Source: a virus | Taxonomy: Duplodnaviria; Caudoviricetes | Length of the DNA: 34,193 bases | Reading direction: 5' to 3' (one strand) | Virus record (IMG/VR): IMGVR_UViG_3300007516_000067 | Location: 1-34,193 of that record | In this document: piece by piece, positions 29,101 through 34,043 of the stretch | Position numbering within the stretch: the first letter of the stretch is position 1 | How the letters are laid out: each line of letters opens with the position of its first letter | Made by a program: the position numbers and the translations under genes | Notes under the pieces: model-generated | The model's database searches: none | Seen by the model: only the letters and a program-made list of their open reading frames with translations | Told to the model about the DNA's origin: nothing

Positions 29101-31343
29101 GTCCGGCCTTCGCCGTCTGTTTCACTAAAACCAGTAACATTAGTTGCGTTGGTTTTAGGATTCAGATACATTCTTTCCGGTCGGAAAAGTCTGTTTTTCC
29201 CGCCGTAACTAAATGTGACGACTGCTCCGACGTCGATTGCTTCTTGGATTAGGTCTTTGATTTCGGTTGGATCGGTTGAGGTGATTGCGATTGGTTCGCC
29301 TGTTGTGCGAGGTGGAGCGATCTTTGCTACTGGCTTAGCGGCTGGTCGCGCCTTCAGAGCCGGAGGCGAACTGATCTTGTCGAATGAGTACGTGCGCTCT
29401 TCGCCAACATCAAGGTCAAAACCAACAACGTTGCTCTTGCCGGTTTTTGGATTTACGTACGTGTCTTTAGGAAGAACTCTACGTGTTTTTCCACCATAAC
29501 TAAATCGAACAACATCGCCTTTTTCATCGGCGGCACGAAATTCTTGTGTAAGACCTCGCATAGTGTCGGCACCGTGCAAGTCTCTTACAGCCCCAGATAT
29601 TTTTTTGTAAGAATTGACAGTTTTTTGTGCGGTTTCTTTTCTTGTCTTTCCAGTTTCTCTGTACCCGTCTTTCTTTGCATCATAGACGTCGTCTCCGCGG
29701 AACCAGGCCGGGCCGCCGCTACCGCCGCCGCTGCCATCTATCATTTCATACAATGTTTCGCCGGAACCAAACTGGACAGTTCCTTTGATGTCTTTAGTGG
29801 CATTCTTCAAACCCTCAAGCTCAGCAGGGGACAGCTTTGACGTCACAAATGACGAAGCTTCCATAACCGCATCTGATACATTGCGATCGCCGTCAGTTGC
29901 TTGGTCAACTGCGTTACGTAGGTTTGACTCAGTTCCAGTAAGCCGCACCGTCCCGTTTGGCTGAAGTGCGAGTTTGACGCCTGGAGCATTTTGCTCCGCC
30001 CAGTCGGCGAAGTCCCCGTCTGTGAGATCAGCTTCGTCAGTTGCCCAGTTTACAACAACTGTTTTTTCTGGTGCCATGTCGTCAGCATCAGACTCGGCGA
30101 TATCTTCTTCTTGCGCGTCAAAACCGGGGGCGCCAATTCTAAGAGCTTCTTGACCGGCAGGACTATCAAGATACTTTTGATAGTTATCTTGGTCTTTTAG
30201 AATCGCCTTTTCAACGTCAGCCCATGTAAAAAGTGCAGACTTATTAACCGATGTATCCTGTGGCCCAAACGCTCTTACAATCCACGCGCCGTGTGCTGGG
30301 AGCAGCGATATGTCGTCTGCTTCTGTGAACTCGGCACTGCGGCTCGTGACAACTGTGTACCCGTCGCTGTTCGCGTAGATGACGCGGTCGAGGACGCTGT
30401 CATCCTTGCGGGGAATTTCTTTAATGATGCGCCAATCCGATGGGGCAGCGCGTCTTACCAGGTCTTCGGTGTTAATCGAGAATTGCCAGTCTTCAGACGG
30501 TACAGCAACTTCTTCCGCTGGTGGCGCTCCCCGCTTGCGGCGCACAATCGCTTTAACAGATAATCCCTTAGATGCCTCAACGGCATATATTCCGTCAGGA
30601 AGTGATGAGTCGCCCGCCACCTCAACTTCAACATCATTAGTTCCAGACATACCAACAACGCGGCCAGCTATTCTGTAATGATTTCCACCGCGGAGCATGC
30701 CAAACAACCAGCCACCACCCATAAATGCGAATCGGCCGATCCTGTCACGACGCTGCATTCGTGCGCGAAGTGACCTTGCCGCATTCGAGTTTCCACCAAG
30801 GCCGAGACCGAGAGCTGCAATAAGCGGCTCTAAGTCGACGCTTACTGCGATTGGTACTACGCCTAGGGGGAAAGCAGCGAGGCGCGCGAATGCGTGTGTG
30901 CGCTCGATTGAGCCATGCTCGAACGAGTACGCGGTTGCAACAAGTGCCCGTGCTTCATCGCTACGAATCAGTTTATCGGCGGAGATCCATACTGCCTGCG
31001 CATGTCGTAGAGAAGCCTCTGTCATCGAGTGCCTCTTTGTTGACAGCGGGTGGCCAACTGAAAGAAGATCAGAGTTATTCAATGCTGCTACTGTTACTTT
31101 GTTTACAGCAGCGAGCGAAACGAAAGCACCAACAGCACGCAGCGCCGAGAACACTCGTACCTGGCTTACGCCACCGCGGCTTCTCCTAAGTGCTCTGTTT
31201 GCGACTTCAACTGCTGCGCCAAGCGAAACTCTGCGCTCCAAACGCGTAGATGTGTTTGCCGCAGAAAGCATCGCAATAATAGCATCGCGCAAGCGAACAA
31301 GCTCATACGCGCTTAGTGTTTTTTTATTTTTTCTATTTGACAT
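14148..31343 (-). CDS. Giant polyvalent multi-enzyme protein (5731 aa), putatively virion-associated
   Basis: Uninterrupted 17.2-kb ORF, co-oriented and tightly packed in the head gene cluster; many recognisable catalytic motifs (listed separately). Confidence 0.93.
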   Translation of the reverse strand: MSNRKNKKTLSAYELVRLRDAIIAMLSAANTSTRLERRVSLGAAVEVANRALRRSRGGVSQVRVFSALRAVGAFVSLAAVNKVTVAALNNSDLLSVGHPLSTKRHSMTEASLRHAQAVWISADKLIRSDEARALVATAYSFEHGSIERTHAFARLAAFPLGVVPIAVSVDLEPLIAALGLGLGGNSNAARSLRARMQRRDRIGRFAFMGGGWLFGMLRGGNHYRIAGRVVGMSGTNDVEVEVAGDSSLPDGIYAVEASKGLSVKAIVRRKRGAPPAEEVAVPSEDWQFSINTEDLVRRAAPSDWRIIKEIPRKDDSVLDRVIYANSDGYTVVTSRSAEFTEADDISLLPAHGAWIVRAFGPQDTSVNKSALFTWADVEKAILKDQDNYQKYLDSPAGQEALRIGAPGFDAQEEDIAESDADDMAPEKTVVVNWATDEADLTDGDFADWAEQNAPGVKLALQPNGTVRLTGTESNLRNAVDQATDGDRNVSDAVMEASSFVTSKLSPAELEGLKNATKDIKGTVQFGSGETLYEMIDGSGGGSGGPAWFRGDDVYDAKKDGYRETGKTRKETAQKTVNSYKKISGAVRDLHGADTMRGLTQEFRAADEKGDVVRFSYGGKTRRVLPKDTYVNPKTGKSNVVGFDLDVGEERTYSFDKISSPPALKARPAAKPVAKIAPPRTTGEPIAITSTDPTEIKDLIQEAIDVGAVVTFSYGGKNRLFRPERMYLNPKTNATNVTGFSETDGEGRTFTLNKMSPPVYAPDGPAQPPAQAPTLTTTPQIFDPFSLTNWRDIDTGVEMSSAVSVPIPVVDSNGNTVMSRVVDVSKRPMTIVNINGVDVPFYVSTGSGGKKNVPADKWYPFFGLDPESNWFNKTSEEDIADYYGSSELRNVAAWLDTNLPNARANTEIPKSIPDGENKHIAQVTLDAVNNHMKPAARGMGNNDLQSNVNNTLAAIKNGRSPTGFLQFESRFDIDKLPDGWTSVPLEQKDGKVLKSQLIPPSWLVAPGSTRPPTHTITLEDGDTPVLIRMGWAITPDTKNKQLGKFGTWKELTTAITKDKFVVAKLKQNVINERTGGPVYKEPGASGTPMYYEKPKLGPPSEWAGPYVPAITQQDIPSPIEPAKPGAPETKEQADARARESMRLTERLIAEEAARKKRLRELQDKKTLTREEEAELGNLRRRYPGLSDLRDTPSPIDAKEVIEQLKSEIPAGNPELVSYTEKALARIRKDIERKEREAAKEKAYQDALIKKIRDDSEKRIAWLKNKKTRTPREERELYESTYGPAPLVSPGEPAPVGKGPHAPGSTGLNGEPAKISDVDVIVNVDETLDGILSDFMKKFPNVRVMVLNEKTPDGDAVVTFAVPLDDVANFELWQADNISNAKPKFYDDGGTAPTDRLNDDDIEMPFDKEMFDGIFSVPEGAYRPDIFQAYSPKGRTNQDSADYTDDPEVLSAKFEPLELAKALSEAVLPKDGVPATGYGELEFQGGNEPVAAEALLEALAISGVNDTAILSGIYDRGLTEDGGVPTNVENAQKNIWRSGAIDDELTVGERIEAAKKAQALNGLLGQPENARTAFNLISNHTETNPHIIELATDLQMRVDMEMDAIYYGYGDEGLLERLTNDFISHLPWSRSDDPQELDGFRAFWGLFMSIDGGDGDLADFETGTPGSRMSIIDAIRSFVDVENPGIGEDAAHEMAVEQYYALHKKFGGFPEFITGKSDISNGTDSLYSETTAAAFYRLIAAAKRPTDTDLARVIGIDKDSESFKNYTTPGFIFAIDPRAHSVVASDSDGTASDTLITVGRKLSRVVFKIKAGDADGISVSGFSHYFENEVMTVGEFIVDAVREQDGFFGKEYVVQLKKYVKEQPNIPEESAAPAAPNAPASAFAGIRQYGDVSDWTRSEEGPSGSNAGGVHTDDDGNEYYVKTAKSQSHGEMEALGSAFYKELGITAGETGLGEQYGELAIITPMIPGSTTGMYSLRDDKEFVAKIQEGFAIDAWLSNYDVIGMEYDNIIVDTNGNPVRIDQGGSLIWRARGSHKEWFGPEVAELTSMRDPRINATAGRVYKSMSPAQLTDSARKLLDIKPSRIDEIIDGAISDPEQSASLKDVLKRRREYILDFYGIKETTEDPFANRVPLTESIGYAAQDLQANDVTAADSFVIERVFRDETTPKGKVSIQGYFPGHESQRKEWNDATVIPVARGGTIPPKGDRPALHRPQKPRATGSPAFTGVAADAVANAKTWQEAADAIRALDIVFLDYETTGLPGPEAGGLNRPVQIGAVRVKDGKVVDSISIYMNPEHELSGWSAAALKQQDGTSPVTNEWLAGQLSMKDAHQQFLDFVGEGPVIIGGQNVPFDIEILQRVLKEQGLSIEISGTVDSKDISAGTLPKWTQGKPDGPSLTNKETGKTRASNSLGPIAEYLGVKLPDWHRADADAQASWEITDAMLTRAVSNPDTPTTLLNNKEEVERQRVGAEKFTKEMQEYEVALADYVAAKAIAAAWNCGGAGITAAVGPGDGPCSTPDIPSLIRDATPEPLGDPDPDDFPSGLVESQTTDNAVHDGIDTNDPYKDEAFMPTEEQRNILDAILAGKNVVVQALAGTGKTATLLIAGKRKKKEKKSEKGVYIAFNKSAQVEAEKKFRDAGLTNIEVITNDAISYRWSSKEMQAKFSRTENVVQYKKIADLFGITEFEATDGEMLKLRAAVKEFRDAVNAFMISDDAELSAKHFGDGDGAGKPWMVDIAQKMWEDYINPDGKMRVTNTVLTKMWGLSKPDLGKTGSGLSRGVDFIFFDEAQDINPVSGKVIADQTVQKVYVGDENQAIYGFRGGENQLGKVLESEEFPLTKSWRFGSVIANEGNKWLRLLESDPRVADSKGLRVIGGNVNPGSIVEQGSLADTANAVLVRTNSGGLGAIYDQLGRGRVVGVTKNYKGDLENLRDTAQFLMTGADRPKILHDELAPFASWADVVKAVEQGDETKKLKLFVDLVEEIKIDGVSELIGRLKIVRATGESDAKASNIGDLSLGSTGVLGNGVEYAVDENGPYLTGKTFENKTAIGKSGWDYNKVNDDKKWRVPVKDQDDPAAVRAAVEKLSKALGGSTSEDSGKIDVLVTTVHQAKGLEWDKVWIWGDFFGPRVNKETGEVTMPDPTEYKIAYVAVTRSKDQIDVGSLDWINEYISENEATPESPEAAPRDATSVNADDALVKSLKNAVKEADVQLEKFADLSSKNEKKVKKVRELVEKSLYAYDGGQYVDTEEWLTAASELLEGANLPELQSLFLEAASAADRVRLSKLEVPAQTETQTPPVPTLDPEWRPSDVPAPQGAVPSGTQEAPDDVLPEAIETAENSGDNNALDKTKRFYDTASREKDIELMFNDLEETADIVINGEDSGLKGSDKSVVKKAFEKVKEIRKALADGAMPEHEALAALNAIIDSLPSSGSSSVAQIDMDFFRDAVTAITHVLDGQYYWRPTGKGLPPIDALDPKGRAVGYARDGVTFLVPGTRVRDKWGYAGTVESYNENDWVNVNVRYDIDPRDPAKVKKGKWGAGVARISKHPATLSVIGPDEDPYVELPSTPEGKRPTDLDKQLAWLKKHRGGDPSPKVDAPSGASDKDAKSALGFDVLNFEVVGGQLGANAGGTYKDSDGNLYYVKEQQSLTHAENEILAFELYKELGVNVAQMQIGSGTLNGNIYTVSKFISGDGSTLKKYREDEQVLDKVRSDFAIDAWLANGDAVGHKYANIVVDQDGTPFRIDAGGALLFIGPGHPKGTEFGGTVAELDDMLNIELSEGSAAVFSPMTRAAKAASARKLLGITQERVDEIVDANMSDPETASKIKARLKARREYIFKHYGIQDIDSPQDNYSANAITWGEHLLEPGANLEGADLSDADLSKVDLAGASLIGANLTGAILTEANLTGADLSKANLSFADLTGANLSYADAIGAKLAGANLAGADLSHANIEKADLSEANMIGANLTRTRMFGADMSGVNLSKTELIDVSFSYADLSAANLSEANLRGAKFNSTKLLGTNLSGADLSGAMMLHAKLAGANLTGANMTGASLGGANLAGADLTGATLISIDAQYIKFAGATMPDGKIFDKDTHKFPFPTADEVPEAEAPKAVSEEDAKWLAVKPVADPFKFLDKVEKQYKKKNSKFGREDLNKDNDAIYFAYYGQGGAHDVNTALLDIENADKNTLDNIEKVDRMLTRAPGLEQDILVYRGVGGDSSADATKNLIDVEPGDEFVSVTYSSTSIIKSIAEGFAGGDGGGILLEIVVPKGIRGAFIDAWYGRSMELEAPYSQSFIDDEGAEAELMLPRNMKYRVLSKDGNTIKLVALGPETDKQVAKDYDEKIPLADVSVPDVLETPEAPEAAAPEMPEEFISEMPKPSEQLAAAAEKYGVDISSYFDESFDDDDVEQSTNDFSLGKDKSGKIVAADAVIIKDERYVMMIGRAFGPFRGSYALPGGFLDKGESFADAAAREMQEEVGVPDPIATNVYNIGVVDSFDWDPRALKGAKVGAVVFHVPSDTKHIAGDDAATAQFVDIEDIISGEKAVAFGHATWLKRAFISTEYEAKLDVIVLASKERNARLIAKINDVRTARGYDTIPPAGPNVWTPENESELTDVSTKLQHIYEDFGGDTPYADMNPMVAEFLSIVDTQTNIPPGLRASLSSAVADHMGPLDSVSQDVIDELAGLIKQFSASRSVYSRGFVQEIDGIDRTSWPASLKDEQGISDPKEFFELTGLATILLANSLSEDAGIISGLIVAAADHSMMKAEIDSKSLTANVISSIVTNYVLQGDFDNYTGHRFNATVRNFADNFPQHEEYFAELSEIHESFRHSPGDARNAEQRFKGGRRQVATNQIIYGVNAPALSLSGVPERTDVDGKPISVSEFSGVPSLMGAVSTVLARPASPHGMALSAAVDGDSIDDLDVRVTTIINPDGDTKLRLRFRLTPWAGQKRAMEIEKEGGWTISKPMFRASSRDKDGNIVEDSKYTGPEYAEAFPSGRLYMSFGDDNSEGFDISITRASNRPVDTAPLTTQSAGAPAAFHNEVVIDIDPDNATEEIIIAALKKAGVVDPRAAQPEDAKTLIENKLLSLFYGQVVTEDNLAGEGRAIGLAKIEERYGVTADVTFGMVIVTVGDNGRLQYLFPEYVANSIAEKTGTESFTHSLSIGKAMQAARAKNGSKKLTEKETINVAGDVIAGMIISGLQSTAVRLSEGRGEYKGLSSDEDIYTGGGNYVFLTPRSVPVEHFGKGSKDYIIEASVVFPPANVYNRADLYANIGDSFGKRIRYTEVISASGPNNHETMVKNGLDIANKGNVVFVAGPVYDSALAKLDALGISEINGIPVRELIKVQGTDDYTLKRSVPTPEQTEAIDSALTKLVGNADGVDFKEFRDTFLEIQEVDGAPFAYDWAPAGSKIIAATFKTDSGANRGNLNIVPYIKARAAYSNGAPILIVRWPDGQLVEHRPADLATHQHGQTTSFVIDQFQLNQLIGHLTASEPANFILGGKAIAGEDSTNDYGDVKTVIVPVGQGLLGLPREHDVLYTDESATDLKKYVLDLLEQYDTLFPDNLQMETSTARGMILRLTTLLLGNITPEERSFIIQEVVNRTANTGSINDHDGPMRTSQSNNAFSAVSYDQPIASITASGGSETGSTTLIEYVIPDEGAVIEIVDGEDAGYTRTIYRAKVERVIADKGNQRLYEVSIEGNREGGNVFVLNNENSYDIDKENNEIRFSYRGVRYSIRAKLPSDKPL
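15400..15930 (-). other. Domain: candidate H-Y-E-type ADP-ribosyltransferase-like fold
   Basis: FTHSL...SGLQSTAVR...SSDEDIYTGGGNYVFLT...DSFGK...NNHETMVK: His, aromatic and Glu in the order seen in ART folds. Inference only. Confidence 0.4.
17715..18115 (-). other. Domain: Nudix hydrolase, ADP-ribose pyrophosphatase type
   Basis: Complete Nudix box GGFLDKGESFADAAAREMQEEVG, plus WDPR, AGDDA and AFGH motifs typical of NadM/NrtR-type ADP-ribose Nudix domains. Confidence 0.92.
18390..18900 (-). other. Domain: VIP2/ADPrib_exo_Tox-like R-S-E ADP-ribosyltransferase
   Basis: VNTALL...ILVYRGV...YSSTS...LLEIVVPKG...EAELMLPRN: intact R, STS and ExE. Confidence 0.92.
19110..19770 (-). repeat. Domain: pentapeptide repeat array (~40 units)
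   Basis: A[DN]L[ST][GDE] repeats from GANLEGADLSDADL to FAGATMPDG; visible 15-nt DNA periodicity (aggttggccccag). Confidence 0.97.
19840..20520 (-). other. Domain: HipA/PI3K-like atypical kinase, copy 2
   Basis: GANAGG..YYVK..ENEILA..LY..FAIDAWLANGDAVG..NIVV..RIDAGGAL. Confidence 0.82.
21880..23650 (-). other. Domain: UvrD-like superfamily 1 helicase
   Basis: All main motifs present: TEEQ, ALAGTGKT, AFNK, DEAQD, VGDENQAIYGFRG, SWRF, LVRTN, TVHQAKGLEW, YVAVTRS. Confidence 0.96.
24020..24610 (-). other. Domain: DEDDh (DnaQ-like) 3'-5' exonuclease
   Basis: ExoI FLDYETTG, ExoII GQNVPFD and ExoIII HRADAD. Confidence 0.95.
24995..25680 (-). other. Domain: HipA/PI3K-like atypical kinase, copy 1
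   Basis: GSNAGG..YYVK..EMEALG..FY..FAIDAWLSNYDVIG..DNII..RIDQGGSLIWRARG. Confidence 0.85.
25770..26200 (-). other. Domain: divergent R-S-E ADP-ribosyltransferase candidate
   Basis: DLARVI (R) ... PRAHS ... VVFKIKAG..GISVSGFSHYFENEVMTVGEFIV (ExE); the central STS motif is degenerate. Confidence 0.55.
29078..29560 (-). other. Domains: two tandem WYL-like domains
   Basis: VVRFSYGGKTRRVLP..NVVGFD..EERTYSFDKI and VVTFSYGGKNRLFRP..NVTGFS..EGRTFTLNKM match the WYL pattern F.Y...R.V.P...G....R.F..D.I. Confidence 0.82.
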
Positions 31344-31345
31344 GT

Positions 31346-31972
31346 CTAGCTTTCGATTCTCGGCAACAGATCTGAATTTTTACTATCATAAGTCATTACC
31401 GCAAGTTCACGTGCCTCTTCAAATCCGTTTTTGCCATCATCTACGCCGCGTTTCCACGCCGCACGTAGAGAAGGAATTATCTCATACCCTAGACCACTGT
31501 ATTCTGCGAATGCAACAAGTGCGTGCTCTGGTGATTTGTACGTGCTAGATGTACCAAGCTCAAGCGACATCTCAATGGCAATGGCTCCTCCAGATGTCAA
31601 TGCACTAGACGCTTTAGGGTGCCCTGCTGGAAGAAGATCATTGTCCTGTTTGTAAATTGAATTGGCTGGCGCCCCAGTACGAAGAAGTCTAGTGAACGCA
31701 TTAATGCGCATCATTGCCAGCTCGTGGCGCGTCACGTCGACGTTACTTGACGACAGGTACGTGTGCACGCCGCGGCGATACACTGCCCTTAGCTGTTGAA
31801 GTGACGCCTTGTTGTCTATACTTGCCGTCATATTGTGTTCTTTTACTTTTTCAACTAGCGCTTCTTCTACTGCATTAGAGAAATTGATGTTGTGCATAGT
31901 TGAATTAGACCGTCTGACAAGAAGTCGCAGCGAGTCATCGAACAACTCTGGATCGGTATCTTCTACACTCAT
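31346..31972 (-). CDS. Hypothetical head-associated protein (208 aa)
   Basis: Contains the KVKEHN..LRAVYRRG..AMMRINAF..QDNDLLPAGHP domain, which I recall from phage head gene clusters; lies between portal and giant gene. Confidence 0.75.
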   Translation of the reverse strand: MSVEDTDPELFDDSLRLLVRRSNSTMHNINFSNAVEEALVEKVKEHNMTASIDNKASLQQLRAVYRRGVHTYLSSSNVDVTRHELAMMRINAFTRLLRTGAPANSIYKQDNDLLPAGHPKASSALTSGGAIAIEMSLELGTSSTYKSPEHALVAFAEYSGLGYEIIPSLRAAWKRGVDDGKNGFEEARELAVMTYDSKNSDLLPRIES

Positions 31973-31982
31973 CCTATGTTCC

Positions 31983-33713
31983 TTATTGTCCAGGTGCCGG
32001 TGTAATCATTGATGGGTCAGCGGGAAGTGCGTCGTCTGGCGCTTGTTCGACTGGGGCTGGCGCCTGTTCGGCTGGTGGTGCCGGTGCCAGTTCTGGTGGC
32101 GTAGCTGGGGCACCTTCGAGCATCTGTTGCACCTCAGGCGGAACTGGTGCCGCGCTGCCGGCCTGCTGCGCGCCGCGAATTGCTTTAATAACCTCTGGTG
32201 CAACGGCCCCGAGCATCGCCTCAGTGAGCTCAGGAGTGACTGCACCCTTCTCAATAAGAAGTCTGAGTGCCATTTCGTTCGGTGTTGGCGCGTCTGCATC
32301 AGAGAAACCGTGTGCGCGCCGCCACGTAGCGTATGACACCGCCATACGATCAAAACCATTATCAGCATCCATTGCTCTGTCATTGCGTGTCGCAACTTGG
32401 CTTGGGTCGTACCAAATTGTAAGGCGCTCAACTGCAACTTCGTCAAACCCGTTAGCAATCAGATACGGGCGAAGATACACGATTGTAAGTGCGTCAACAA
32501 TAAGCAACATCAACGGTTCGATGTGGGCTTTGTAGAGTGACTCATCAATTTGCAATGCATTTGAATATTTAACATTCGCGAGTCCAGTGACGATGTCTTT
32601 TGGCACGTCAAGGCCTTGAAGGATCCGCTCAAGCACGCGATCAGCGCGTGCAGCAAGTGCGGGGTCAAATGAGCGCTCGAACTTGAACTGCCTAATCTTC
32701 TCGCCGAGTTCAGCAGGGCCGCGGATAATTAACGGAACAACTGCGGACGCCGAATCCTCGTCGCGGATCGGCGTTGTCATCGCGTCGATTAACTGCTCTT
32801 CGAACTCGTCTGCGCTCTCCTCCGGGTTAAACGCTGGATTCGTATCATCATCGCCGTCAAATGGATAGTTTGGATCTGGTGTGGCCGCGACACTGAGACC
32901 GTCTGGCAAGTACAGTGCACCAGCATTCAAACGCGAACGGGCGGTTGAACGGAACGTACGGTTCAACAGCAACAACTCAGCGCAGAGGTCAAGAAGACCA
33001 CGTAGTGACGAATCGGCCTCTTCTGAGAAGCGTGGATGCGCTCGCCAGATGCGACCAACAAACGCTTTTTTCGGAAGAGTAACAATTCCTTTTCCACCTC
33101 TCGATGAACTAGAACCGCCAGTCAACAGGTCACGCCGTGGAACGATTCCGTACTGGTTCTTTGAGTCAATCTGGATCTCATCAACCGAACGAATATCCCA
33201 CGACTCTGGGATATTAGAACCAACCTGCTTTGGCATTTGTACTAGGTAACATTCACCGGTGACGCTGAGGTTTAGTGCGGCATCGCGGAGAAGACCGGCC
33301 TGACCGCCGTATGCCGAGCTAAGTCGAGCAAGTGCACGCTCGGCGGCGTTTGCTAGACTGGCATCAACAGCATCCGTGTCGCGAACCGATATTGGAGCCT
33401 CGGCAGGGTCATCAATGACTGCTGCGTATAAACGAATTCGCGAAACAACTGATGCTACGAGGCTAAACGCATACTTGATTTCGCCGATAGCGTCATAGTA
33501 CTCCCACGCTTCTGATTGCCAAGTGCTCGATGATGCGGATCGGCGGCTCTTGAACTGCTCTGATTCTGATTTGTTTTCGAGTTGCATCTGCTTTGCCGCG
33601 GCCGTAATCGAACGTGGAGCCGAGTACGAAGCGGATTTGGCGGACGTTGCACCAGTCAACGGCGTGTGCGCTATACGCTGTATCGCTGGTGTGTCTCGCC
33701 TAAATATGGCCAC
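31983..33713 (-). CDS. Portal protein
   Basis: WQSEAWEYYDAIGEIKYA, LNLSVTGECYL, RIWRAHPR..EADS, ARSRLNAGAL and DEDSASAVVPLII motifs of cluster B-like actinophage portals; SD GAGGAG; Pro/Ala-rich tail. Confidence 0.92.
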   Translation of the reverse strand: MAIFRRDTPAIQRIAHTPLTGATSAKSASYSAPRSITAAAKQMQLENKSESEQFKSRRSASSSTWQSEAWEYYDAIGEIKYAFSLVASVVSRIRLYAAVIDDPAEAPISVRDTDAVDASLANAAERALARLSSAYGGQAGLLRDAALNLSVTGECYLVQMPKQVGSNIPESWDIRSVDEIQIDSKNQYGIVPRRDLLTGGSSSSRGGKGIVTLPKKAFVGRIWRAHPRFSEEADSSLRGLLDLCAELLLLNRTFRSTARSRLNAGALYLPDGLSVAATPDPNYPFDGDDDTNPAFNPEESADEFEEQLIDAMTTPIRDEDSASAVVPLIIRGPAELGEKIRQFKFERSFDPALAARADRVLERILQGLDVPKDIVTGLANVKYSNALQIDESLYKAHIEPLMLLIVDALTIVYLRPYLIANGFDEVAVERLTIWYDPSQVATRNDRAMDADNGFDRMAVSYATWRRAHGFSDADAPTPNEMALRLLIEKGAVTPELTEAMLGAVAPEVIKAIRGAQQAGSAAPVPPEVQQMLEGAPATPPELAPAPPAEQAPAPVEQAPDDALPADPSMITPAPGQ

Positions 33714-33752
33714 TATGTCTCCTCATTCGTTTATGACGGAATTGGCGTCTTG

Positions 33753-34043
33753 CTAACCAATGCGGTACAGTAGCCCAACAAACGCCGAGACAGCAAACAC
33801 GCTGGCAACGATGACTGTTGGTACACTGGCTATTGTATATGGTACTATGAACAGCGATGCTACTGGAATGCTGGCACACCACTCGCAGGTGATCCAATAT
33901 CCGAGGCGCCCTTTTTCCGGTGGAGACTTCTTCCAGATCCGCTCTCGGATAGAGTTAAAGATTACGTCAGTCGTGATCAGTCGCGTAACACGGTAAGCTG
34001 CTAGAGAAATGATGATGAGTTCAAATGAGAAGATGCCGGTCAT
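33753..34043 (-). CDS. Small membrane protein, DUF1360-like; start revised to ATG 34043
   Basis: LAAYRVTRLITTD..R..ITCEWCASI with hydrophobic helices; ATG overlaps the upstream TGA (ATGA). Confidence 0.75.
   Translation of the reverse strand: MTGIFSFELIIISLAAYRVTRLITTDVIFNSIRERIWKKSPPEKGRLGYWITCEWCASIPVASLFIVPYTIASVPTVIVASVFAVSAFVGLLYRIG

Noticed and set aside
14148-31343. Inteins or stop-codon recoding as the cause of the ORF's length
   Set aside because: I saw no intein splice-junction or LAGLIDADG motifs. The ORF is open in the standard code, and neighbouring genes end normally in TAA, TAG and TGA.
190-33996. Numerous plus-strand ORFs (e.g. 874..1587, 23227..23898, 30697..31548) and short alternative-frame minus ORFs
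   Set aside because: They are Ser/Pro-rich antisense or off-frame shadows of a densely packed minus-strand operon, with no recognisable motifs.
33753-34043. Calling the membrane protein a holin
   Set aside because: No endolysin is nearby in the window, and the motifs fit a DUF1360-like protein of unknown function.
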